From an uncultured Verrucomicrobiota bacterium (GTDB lineage: Bacteria; Verrucomicrobiota; Kiritimatiellia; CAIQIC01; Lenti-01), in contig CALMNW010000014.1 of assembly GCA_937872095.1 (NCBI GenBank), forward strand, positions 18,512 to 82,511: DNA of 64,000 nucleotides, in the 5' to 3' direction. Positions 8,401-18,354 of the stretch are shown piece after piece. The translations under genes and the position numbers were made by a program. Within the stretch, counting starts at the first letter, position 1, and the number at the start of each line of letters is the position of its first letter. The notes under the pieces were generated by a model that did not search any database, was not told where the DNA came from, and saw only the letters and a list, made by a program, of their open reading frames with translations.

Positions 8401-10982
8401 GTCGCGGTCAAGGTGCCGCCGCATTCGCCGGTGGCCATGAAGGTGAACGAATTCGTGACCGGCGCGCCGCCGGCGAGCAAGGCGCCGTAGCTGTGCGGCC
8501 CGTCGGGAGCGGTCACGCCGCCGGTGGCCAGCAGCGTCGCCACGACGTTGGTGGTGTCGGCCGAGCCGGCGTTGCGCAGCACGAAGTCCACCGTGACGGT
8601 CTCGTCGGGATCGATGGCGTCGTTGCCGACCACTCCGCAGCTCTCCGCGACCAGATCGCTGCCCTCGCCCATCACGACGGGCATTTCGACTTCCAGGAGG
8701 TTGTAGATCACCAGCGCGTAGTCCTGGTCGATGGCGGGCTCGACGTTCGGCACGCCGTCCGAATTGATATTGGCCGCGGTGACGACCACCGTCACCGCTC
8801 CGGTCGTCCCGGCCGGCAAGAAGACGCTTTCGGAATTGTTCCGGGGGTCGGCGGTGCCGCCGTTGGTCGAAACCGCGCCGTTGAAGACGTTGCCCAGATA
8901 GGTCTTGCCGCCCGCCGCGACGGTCAGGTTCAGGTCGTTGTTGTAGGCATTGCCGGAGGTCGAGCCGGGCGCGTCCGTCCACGACAGGCTGATGCGCACG
9001 GGCTTGCCGGGATCCACGACGAGGCCGCTGATCGCCCGCGACTGGCCGCTGGCGGTGAAGACGTCGGCGGGAACCTGGTCCCGCAGGATGCGCGCGGTGC
9101 CGTCGAAGGCGAAATCGAGGTTCATCATGCCCATGCCCTGGTCGTTGGACCAGAGGTCGTCGTTGGCGTCCGCCCCCGTCATGTAGCGGGCGGAGTTCAT
9201 CAGGTAGGCCTTGACCATGGCCGGGCTGGGCGGATTCGTCCATTGGTTGATGAAATACTGGTAGACCAGCGCGGCGCCGCCGGCCACGGCCGGCGTCGAA
9301 TGGCTCGTGCCCGACGACGTGCTGTACCACTGCTGGTTCGTCGGGAAGAAATTGACGTAGCTGCCGGAATTGTCCTTGAGACCGCACACGCCGGAGGCGT
9401 CGAAGCAGGCCAGGTCGTTGCCGGTGCCGCTCATCGCCTTGACTTCCTGCGCCACGCCGCCGGTGACGTGCGTGCCGGGCGCCAGGATTTCGGGTTTCGC
9501 GCGGCCGTCGCTGCAGGGCCCGCGGCTCGAGAAGGTGGCGACGTCGTTGGCGCTGTCGGCCTCGTCGTCGGCCGTGTCGCAGCCGTCCGTGCCCAGCGTG
9601 GCGGCGCCCCAGTTCGTGATGGCGTGCGAATGGACGTTTTCGGCCGCGCCGACGGTGATGACGTTCTTGGCCGTGCCGGGCGAACCGACGGTGCCGGCGC
9701 CGGAACCCGCGTTGCCCGCGGCGAACACGATGGTGATTTCCTGGTTGCCGGCGGTCGGCACGGCGGAACCCGTTTGCTGCGCGTCGCGGACCAAGGCGTC
9801 GTACTGCTGCGCGTCGATGTCGTAGCCGCCGTAGGTGTCCGCGCCCCAGCTGTCCGAGCTGATCCGCGCCCCGTCGCGATACGCGCGGGAAATCATGTCC
9901 TCGTAATCCGGCGTGGTGAACTCGCTGGAGTCGAAGATGACGGACGAGCCCAGCTTGACGAACGGGGCGACGCCGAGGCCGTAGCGGAACCCGGCGGAAT
10001 CCTGGTGCGGGAAGCCGGCGCTGCTGTCGTTGTAGCCGCCGATGATGTGGGCATTCAGGTTGCCGTGGCCGTCGCAGCCCTGGAGCGTGCTGCCGGTGTT
10101 GGGCGTGCCTTCCAGGCGGTTGTAGACCACGCGGCTGGCCAGGCCCGTGTTGCCGCTCACGTACAAGCCGAAGTGGTTGGGATTGTTGGTGCCGTTGTCG
10201 ACGCCCGAGTCGCATACGTCGACCAGCAGGCCCGAATTGTTGAACTGGTCCTGGTTGAAGCCCTTCGCGGCCAGCCACGCCAGATAGCCCGGACCCGTGG
10301 GGCCGTTGCCCGTCAGCTGCCCCGCCACGATCATGTCTTGCCGTTCGTCGAACTTCCGGGGCATCGCGTAGGGCGCGATCGAAATCACGTCGGGCCGCGC
10401 CGCGACGGTTTCCACTTCGGCCGGCGCCATGCGGACGACGACGTTGCGATAGTGGCGAAACGCGTGGTTGCGCTTCAGCGGTTCTTTGGCCAGCGCCGTC
10501 AGCAGGGCCACCGTCTCCGCGTTGGCGGCCTCGTCCAGCACGAGCTGGACCGCGAACAGGTCGTCCTCGCCCGTTTTCGCGCGGCGCTCTTTCGCCGCGG
10601 ACGGCAGCGCGCGCGGATGGATCTTGTCGCTCGCCAAGTAGGCGCCCTGCCATTTCACGTGCTTGGCGCGCCCCTGCAGCGTTTGCCGCGCCGCCGCCCC
10701 GCCGTACACCAAGTAGGCGTTTGCGGGAATGTAATCCACGATCTGGAAGCCGCCGGCCTGCAGCTGCGCCACCCATTCCGGCTGGATCGGGCCGTCGAAC
10801 TGCACGAGGTGCAGCTGGTTGCCGGTTTCCGTCGCGGCGACGGCGCGCGCCGGCGCCTGCTTCGCGGCGCGGCTCGTGTCGATGGCGCCGGCATTCAGCT
10901 GGATGGATTGGGCCGAACTGACCGCGATGGCGCAACCGAACGCCAAGAGTCCGAGCAGGGAAATGCGGAGGGAAGGCTTCAT
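5469..10982 (-). CDS. Giant secreted subtilisin-like (S8) serine protease with P-domain, lamin-tail domain and four He_PIG-like Ig repeats
   Basis: Signal peptide '[26 protein letters not shown]'. Catalytic triad contexts 'VDVCDSGVD', '[13 protein letters not shown]', '[16 protein letters not shown]'. P-domain '[29 protein letters not shown]'. LTD '[29 protein letters not shown]'. Repeated '[17 protein letters not shown].W....PTG.[12 protein letters not shown]'. Confidence 0.85.
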   Translation of the reverse strand: [1837 protein letters not shown]

Positions 10983-11191
10983 GTAGATAAACTCCTGTAT
11001 TGTGTTAGACACTACCCCATTCCCCAAGCCTCTGGCAAGCGTTCCATGGCAAATGAATCCGCGCCGGCCGGGTCAATCGTTTTTTCCGGAACGGAAGATG
11101 AAACCCGTTGCGCGATATGGCGAAACGAAGAAAGAAAGCGCCCCCGCCCACCCGTCCGAAGGCGCGCGGGCCCGACGCGGAGACGATCGAT

Positions 11192-12937
11192 TTACCAGCG
11201 CTGGCGGTCGGCCAGGATCAGCTGGTCGGTGCCGGCGAGAAACCGCCCATGCGTCAGCGGGAAATTGCCGGGCACCTTGCCGGCGGAAAACACCTGGTAC
11301 CAGCTGTATTCCGGCGCGGTGGGATCGGACAGGCCCCGCACCCACGGCTTGTCGCGCGTGACCGTCGTGAAGTAGGCCAGCGCGATCTTCTGGTAGCGGT
11401 CGTTGAGTTCGTAGAACCCGTCGATGTTCCTCGGCAGCAAGATGGAAGTCCGGCCGCCGTACCAGGCGGTGGCCCAGGGAATGTCCGTCGTCAGGCATTC
11501 GCCGGGCTCGATCATCGTCGACACCCAGCCGATGTAGCGATGGAAGTACGGCGGATACGGCAGGCCCGTGCGCGGCGGCACCACGTTCATCAGCAGCGGG
11601 AACGCCGTCAGCGCCATCACCACCGCGATCACCGCCGACGCGAAGTAGCGCATCTCGAATTGCAGCCGGTCCAGCAGCACCAGGAAAAACGCCCAGCCGT
11701 AGGGAATCGCCAGCGGCCAGAAAACCGCCAGCCCGCGCAGGCTTTCCTCGCCGAAGGCCGCGGCGTTCAGGATCGCCAGCGCGGTCGCCGGCAGCAGGCA
11801 CCAGCGGAGCGTGCGGCTCGTCGGCCGCACGAACCGGTGCAAAAACATCGCGCCGAACAGCGCGAGCAGGAAACCGCCGCCCGCCGCGCAGCCGGTACCC
11901 TGCGCCATGTAGTCGCGGAGATTCGCGATCATCTTGATCTGCATGGCGTAGAAAATCGCGACCATGTCCGGCATGTCGGGATTCAAGGAACGGGCCAGCG
12001 AGTCCTCGGGAAACAGATAGGTGCCCGCCAGCAGTTCCTGGCAGATCCCGCCGCAGGGATTGCCGCAGACCGCGGCGTTGCGCACCAGCCAGGGCACGAC
12101 CGCCAGCGCCGCCAGCGCCGCGAAGAGGCTCGCCTTCGCCCAGGGCCGCCGCCGGCGCGAGAAGCCCAGAAACAGGAACACCGTCGTCAGCGCGAAGAAG
12201 CCCGTCGCATAGCGGGTCAGGTACGCCAGCGCCGTCAGCAGCGCCGAGACCGCCAGCGGCACCAGCCAGCGCCAAGCGGGACCGTGGTCCTGGTCCGGGC
12301 CGGTCCCCGGAGGCACTTCCGCCGCCCACAGCGCGGCATAGACCGCGCCCAAGGCGAAGAACCGCGCCGCCGAAACGTCCGAGCCCAGCAGGCTTTGGCG
12401 CCAAACCAGATCGCTCGCCAGAAACGCGCTGGCCGACAGCACGCCGACGCGGTGGTCGAACAGCTTGCGCCCGAGCAGCCAGACCAGCAGCGCCGACAAG
12501 GCGGTGAAGAAATGGCTCAGCGCCACCGGCGCGTAATCCCAGGAATACGTGTAGGCCGTGGTCGGCACGCCGGGTTTCGGCAGGCCGCCCAAGCGGAACG
12601 CGCCCGCCAGGATCGCCGGCCACACCGGCGGATGCAGGACGTCCGGCTGCTCCGCGACGTTCGCCACGCCGTCGGGCGAGCGCGCCGCCAGCCGCCCGAG
12701 GGAGTACGGCCGGATGCATTGCGTGACGAGACTCCCCCGCTCCGCAAAATTGCGCGCAAGCTGTGCTTCCTCCATCGCCCGGGCATCCCGGAGCCCTTGG
12801 AAGTTCGTGAAGGTGTAGACCGCCGCGATCCCGAACGCGAACAGCGAAAAGAGCACCGCGTGGATGACCTTCCGGCCGGAGCCCTGGTCCATCTGGTAGA
12901 CCAGATTCTGCATGTTGGATTCGAATTGGAGAGCCAT
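11192..12937 (-). CDS. Polytopic membrane protein, GT-C fold (PMT_2/ArnT-like) glycosyltransferase candidate
   Basis: More than 10 predicted TM helices. The N-terminal loop 'RDARAMEEAQLARNFAERG...PDVLHPPVWPAILAGAF' resembles the GT39/ArnT signature. It lies 16 nt downstream of the response-regulator gene. Confidence 0.6.
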   Translation of the reverse strand: MALQFESNMQNLVYQMDQGSGRKVIHAVLFSLFAFGIAAVYTFTNFQGLRDARAMEEAQLARNFAERGSLVTQCIRPYSLGRLAARSPDGVANVAEQPDVLHPPVWPAILAGAFRLGGLPKPGVPTTAYTYSWDYAPVALSHFFTALSALLVWLLGRKLFDHRVGVLSASAFLASDLVWRQSLLGSDVSAARFFALGAVYAALWAAEVPPGTGPDQDHGPAWRWLVPLAVSALLTALAYLTRYATGFFALTTVFLFLGFSRRRRPWAKASLFAALAALAVVPWLVRNAAVCGNPCGGICQELLAGTYLFPEDSLARSLNPDMPDMVAIFYAMQIKMIANLRDYMAQGTGCAAGGGFLLALFGAMFLHRFVRPTSRTLRWCLLPATALAILNAAAFGEESLRGLAVFWPLAIPYGWAFFLVLLDRLQFEMRYFASAVIAVVMALTAFPLLMNVVPPRTGLPYPPYFHRYIGWVSTMIEPGECLTTDIPWATAWYGGRTSILLPRNIDGFYELNDRYQKIALAYFTTVTRDKPWVRGLSDPTAPEYSWYQVFSAGKVPGNFPLTHGRFLAGTDQLILADRQRW

Positions 12938-12953
12938 GTGTTCCGCCCTTTCT

Positions 12954-14308
<1,355 letters not shown>

Positions 14309-14312
<4 letters not shown>

Positions 14313-15496
14313 GGCGCATCCTTTCCGGGTTCCGCCGCTTTCGGCGGGGTCAGCAGGCGGATGCGCTGGTCGTCGCGCGGGAAATTCAGCTGGATCCGGG
14401 CGCCGTTCGGCAAGCTGTCCACCAAAACGTTCCCGCCGTGGTCGCGCACGATGCGCTGGACGATCATCAGGCCCATGCCGTGCCCGTTCGCCTTCGTGGT
14501 GCGGAACGGCTCGAACAGCTCGCCCATCTGCCCCGGCGGAATGCCCGGCCCCGTGTCCTGGAACACCGCCCCCACCAGACGGTCCTCCACCGCGAACGAA
14601 ATGCGCAGCACCCCGCCGCCGGCCATCGCCTGGATGGCGTTGCGGATCACGTTGAAAAACGCCTGCTTCACCTGGCCCGCGTCCACCCAGGCCGTCGGCA
14701 GATCGTCCGCGGGATCGACTTCCACCACCACTTTCCGGTCGTGGATCTCCGCCGCCAGCGTTTCCAGCGTCTCCGCCACCAGCTCCGGCAGCGCCCGCCG
14801 CTCGAAATTCGGCAGGCTCGGGCGGATCGCCTTCAGGAATTGCGAAAGAATCTGGTCCAGCCGCTGGATCTCCCCGCGCGCCACGTCCAGCAGCTCGCGC
14901 AGCGGGACGGAATCGGCGTCCGGCAGCGTCCGCAATTCCCGGTCGATCAGCTGCAGATGGATCGCCAGCGAGTTCAGCGGATTGCCGATTTCATGCGCCA
15001 CGCCCGCCGCCAGCATCAGGATGGCGTTCAGCCGTTCCGATTCGACCAGCTCGGCTTCGTGGTCGCGCTCCTGCGTCACGTCGCGCAGGATCATCACCAC
15101 GCCCGTCCGGCCGTCCGTCGGATTCTCGAGCGGCGCCAGATAGAGCGCCAGAAAGCGGTGCTCCGGATAGGAAATCTCGATTTCGCGGCTGGCCAGCCGC
15201 GCCCATTCCTTCTCGTCCAGGCGCAGGAGGCTCTCCCATTCGATCTCCGGCACGTAGCGCTTCATCGGCTGGCCCGTCGCGCCCGCCTCGTCCATCCCCA
15301 GCAGGCGGCAGGCCCCCCGGTTCACGTAGACGATCCGGCCCTCCGCGTCCAGCACCAGGATCCCCTCCCGCAGCGCGTGGAAAATCGTTTCGAGCAGCCC
15401 CCGTTCCGACGCCAGCCGCAGAAATTGCGCCTGCACGCTGCCCGGATCGAGCCGGTCCAGCCGTTCGATCAACTTGTTCCAGAATGCCGACTTCAT
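14309..15496 (-). CDS. Cytoplasmic PAS-domain sensor histidine kinase (NtrB/AtoS-like)
   Basis: PAS 'GILVLDAEGRIVYVNRGACRLLG'. H-box 'AAGVAHEIGNPLNSL'. N/G boxes 'NAIQAM', 'DTGPGIP', 'GHGMGL'. Overlaps the regulator gene by 4 nt. The start was chosen at 'MKSAFWNK', but the ORF extends to 15697. Confidence 0.85.
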
Positions 15497-15689
15497 GTCT
15501 TCCGCGATCCGCGCATCCCCGTACTTTCCACGATGCATCCCCCCGCCGCAAACAAAAAAACGGGCCCCGATTTTTTCGGATATTCGCCGCTTGACGATGG
15601 GCCGATCCCGTGAGAACAGTAAGGGCATGAAGGCGCGGGCGTTCCCGCGTCGGGATTTCAGCGACAACCCCGGAACCACAGGCACGACC

Positions 15690-16196
15690 ATGAACATGGA
15701 TGAAGAGGACTACAACCCCTTCGGCGGCTACAGCAGCGGATGCGAACTTCACGGCGAGGATTTCCTCCGCGAATGCACCATGTGCGGCATCGAGTTCTGC
15801 TCCGCCTGCTTCCCCCAATCCACGCTCTGCCCCGACTGCGCCGCCCAGGGCGAACTCGACGACGACGACGAGGACGAAGAGCCGACGGAAGAAGAAAAGG
15901 AACTCCTCCTCCTCGAAGGCTTCAACGACGACGAACCCGAAGCGACGGAAGAAGCGCCCGTCGCGCCGCCGCCCGCCCCGGCCGCCAAAGCCAAGGCGAA
16001 AGCCAAAGCGGAACCCAAGGCCAAGGTGAAAGCCAAAGCGCAGCCCAAGGCCAAAGCCAAGGTGAAAGCCAAAGCCAAGCCCAAAGCGCAGCCGAAAGCC
16101 AAGGCGAAGGCCAAGCCCCAAGCGAAAGCCAAGGCCAAAGCTCAGGCGAAGCCGAAGAAGGCCAAGTCCAAGGCCCCCGCCAAAAAGAAGCGCTAG
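15690..16196 (+). CDS. Small tripartite protein: CxxC zinc-ribbon, acidic linker, lysine/alanine-rich histone-H1/AlgP-like tail
   Basis: 'CTMCGIEFCSACFPQSTLCPDC' (three CxxC pairs), 'DDDDEDEEPTEEEKE', then about 75 aa of 'AKAKAKAEPKAKVKAKAQPKAKAK...'. It sits 32 nt upstream of miaB. Confidence 0.6.
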   Translation: MNMDEEDYNPFGGYSSGCELHGEDFLRECTMCGIEFCSACFPQSTLCPDCAAQGELDDDDEDEEPTEEEKELLLLEGFNDDEPEATEEAPVAPPPAPAAKAKAKAKAEPKAKVKAKAQPKAKAKVKAKAKPKAQPKAKAKAKPQAKAKAKAQAKPKKAKSKAPAKKKR

Positions 16197-16228
16197 GGCC
16201 GGACTCCCTTCCGCCCGCGAGCGCGCCG

Positions 16229-17542
16229 TTGACGTCTCCCGCCTACCATCTCTGGACCATCGGGTGCCAGATGAACGAAGCCGACGCCCTGCGCGCCGCT
16301 TCGCTCCTTGAATCCGCCGGCTACCGCCCCGTCGCCCGCGCCGACGCCGCCGGCTTGCTCCTGCTCAACACCTGCGTCGTCCGCCAGCAGGCCGAAGATA
16401 AAATCTACTCGCGCCTCACCTACGTCGCCGAACTCAAGCAGAAGCATCCCGACCTCGTCGTCGCCCTCATGGGCTGCCTCGTCGGGAAGAACCCGCGCGA
16501 AACCGCCCGGCTCCGCGAGCGCTTCCCGTTCGTCGATCTCTTCCTGCCGCCGTCCGATCTCGCCCCGCTGCGCGCCTTCCTCGAAGCGCGCGGCTTCTCC
16601 CCCGCCCGCGCGGCCGACGACGACCTTCCGCCGCCGCCGCTGCCCGATTCCCAAACGGGCCGTTCCGTCGTCGCCCATCTGCCCGTCGTCCTCGGCTGTT
16701 CCCACGCCTGCACCTACTGCGTCATCCCCTACCGCCGCGGCGGCGAACGCTCGCGGCCCTCCGCCGAAATCCTCGCCGAAGCCGCCGCGCTCGCCGCGCG
16801 CGGCGTGCGCGAAATCATTCTGCTCGGCCAGATCGTCGACCGCTACGGCCTCGACCGCCCCGGCGAAATCTACCTGCCCGAACTGCTTCGCCGCGTCGCC
16901 GCCGTCCCCGGCCTGGCCCGCGTCCGCTTCCTCACCAGCCATCCGCGCTGGATCACCGACGACCTGATCGCCGCCGTCGCGACCGTCCCCGGCCTCGCCC
17001 CCTACTTCGAAATCCCCGTGCAGGCCGGTTCCGACGCCGTGCTCGCCGCCATGCGCCGCGGCTATACCGCCGGCGAGTACGAAGCGCTCGTCGCCAAGGT
17101 CCGCGCCGCCGTCCCCGGCGTCGGCCTCTCCACCGACGTCATCGTCGGCTTCCCCGGCGAAACCGCCGCGCAGTTCGAGGACAGCATGGCCCTCATGCGC
17201 CGCATCGATCCCGACATGATCCGCATCGCCAAATACTCCCCGCGGCCCCTGACCTACTCCGCGCGGCATCTGCCCGACGACGTCCCCGAAGCCGAAAAAG
17301 AGCGCCGCCGCGTCGCCATGGAAGCCCAGCTCCGCGCCCGCCTAACCGAAAAAAACGCCCCCCTCCTCGGCCAGACCGTCGAAATCCTCGTCGAAACCAT
17401 CGAAAAGACCGGCCGCCGCCACGGCCGCACCCCCGACTACAAACCCGTCTTCGTCGATGCCTCCTCCGCCGCCCCCGGCGAGCTCATCCAGGCCCGCATC
17501 ACCTGGGCCGGCCCCTTCAGCCTCATCGCCGAAGCCCTCTAG
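16229..17542 (+). CDS. miaB: tRNA-i6A37 methylthiotransferase MiaB (radical SAM)
   Basis: 'YHLWTIGCQMNEADA', radical-SAM 'GCSHACTYCVIPYRRG', C-terminal TRAM-like region. An in-frame TTG at 16229 is the only start before the conserved N-terminus. Confidence 0.88.
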   Translation: MTSPAYHLWTIGCQMNEADALRAASLLESAGYRPVARADAAGLLLLNTCVVRQQAEDKIYSRLTYVAELKQKHPDLVVALMGCLVGKNPRETARLRERFPFVDLFLPPSDLAPLRAFLEARGFSPARAADDDLPPPPLPDSQTGRSVVAHLPVVLGCSHACTYCVIPYRRGGERSRPSAEILAEAAALAARGVREIILLGQIVDRYGLDRPGEIYLPELLRRVAAVPGLARVRFLTSHPRWITDDLIAAVATVPGLAPYFEIPVQAGSDAVLAAMRRGYTAGEYEALVAKVRAAVPGVGLSTDVIVGFPGETAAQFEDSMALMRRIDPDMIRIAKYSPRPLTYSARHLPDDVPEAEKERRRVAMEAQLRARLTEKNAPLLGQTVEILVETIEKTGRRHGRTPDYKPVFVDASSAAPGELIQARITWAGPFSLIAEAL

Positions 17543-17582
17543 GCCGAAGAATTCTCACACAAAGCCACGAAGACACGAAGGA

Positions 17583-17654
17583 TTCCGCCCTTCGACATTC
17601 AAATTTTTCTCCTCTGCGCCTCCGTGTCTCCGCGTGAGACCGGTTTTCGATCCC
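17583..17654 (+). repeat. Intergenic repeat family A, copy 1
   Basis: 'ttccgcccttcgacattcaaa...ctccgcgtgagaccggttttcgatccc'. Similar to 18278-18354. Confidence 0.75.
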
Positions 17655-17848
17655 TCAACGCAAACGGCGCAAACGGCGCAAAAGCCCCGCAAGCGTTCCA
17701 TCCGCCATAAATCGCGGCTCAAGCCCTTTCTGACTCCCTCTTGGTTGACCCCTTCCTTCGATTTGCCTAATATCAGGCCGATAGAGGCCGACCTATTTGC
17801 AATCGCCTCCTCGGCCCGAACGCCGATGATCAACTGAAAGGCCGTTTC

Positions 17849-18238
17849 ATGAAATACTTTTTGAGTGCGATGTTCGTGGTGCTGTTGGCAAGCACGACCG
17901 TTCTGGGCCAGAGCAACATGTGGAAGAAGGGGCTGGTCCTGGAGGCCATTCGAATCGATATCAGAGAAACGCCTTCCGGCATGCAGATCTGGCTCAACGA
18001 TGTGGAAAAAAACGCGAACGAATTAAACGAGTACCTGGAACAGTTCCCGCCTGAACGAAAACCCATCTGCGCAATTCTATGCGTGGGAAAAACCGTAACG
18101 GCAGGACAAATTGCCGCGATCATGGATAAGCTTTGCGACACGGGCTTCAATTACCCCATGCTCATCGTTGAACATTCAAAACACAGCCATCTCGTCGATC
18201 TCGGCGGCGCGGAAAAGTATATGGATAGTTGGCCTTAG
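17849..18238 (+). CDS. Small signal-anchored/secreted protein, possibly ExbD/TolR-like fold
   Basis: N-terminal hydrophobic 'MKYFLSAMFVVLLASTTVLG'. 'PICAILCVGKTVTAGQIAAIMDKLCDTGF' resembles the ExbD periplasmic-domain pattern (weak). AT-richer than its flanks. Confidence 0.4.
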   Translation: MKYFLSAMFVVLLASTTVLGQSNMWKKGLVLEAIRIDIRETPSGMQIWLNDVEKNANELNEYLEQFPPERKPICAILCVGKTVTAGQIAAIMDKLCDTGFNYPMLIVEHSKHSHLVDLGGAEKYMDSWP

Positions 18239-18277
18239 TGGCTTGAACCCGTCCCGCTTCACGAAAAACGCTAAGTT

Positions 18278-18354
18278 TTCCGCCCTTCGACATTCAAAAT
18301 TTCATTTTTCTCCCCCTCCGCGCCTTCGTGTCTCCGTGTGAGACCGGTTTTCGG
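18278..18354 (+). repeat. Intergenic repeat family A, copy 2
   Basis: 'ttccgcccttcgacattcaaaa...ctccgtgtgagaccggttttcgg'. Direct repeat of 17583-17654. Confidence 0.75.

Noticed and set aside
10983-11191. Sigma-54 (-24/-12) promoter upstream of the S8 protease gene
   Set aside because: The only GG...GC candidate ('catggaacgcttgcc' on the coding strand) has the wrong spacing for TGGCAC-N5-TTGC, so no promoter was called. I did not recognise a canonical sigma-54 element upstream of the other genes I inspected either.
6397-11375. 1512-aa (-) and 1287-aa (+) ORFs overlapping the S8 protease gene
   Set aside because: Same GC-driven artefact. They are Arg/Gly/Pro-rich with no motifs, whereas the 5469-10982 frame carries the S8 triad, P-domain and LTD.
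15960-16190. Imperfect tandem DNA repeat (gccaaagccaaggcgaaa...) as a non-coding VNTR
   Set aside because: It lies in frame within an ORF that has a plausible start and a structured N-terminal domain. I interpreted it as coding for the K/A-rich tail.
15740-16228. 163-codon N-terminal extension of the miaB ORF, and upstream extensions of the ORFs at 2525, 15474, 27893 and 38725
   Set aside because: The extensions overlap neighbouring genes in other frames and are Arg/Pro-rich. Conserved N-termini and RBS-like sequences support the internal starts I used.
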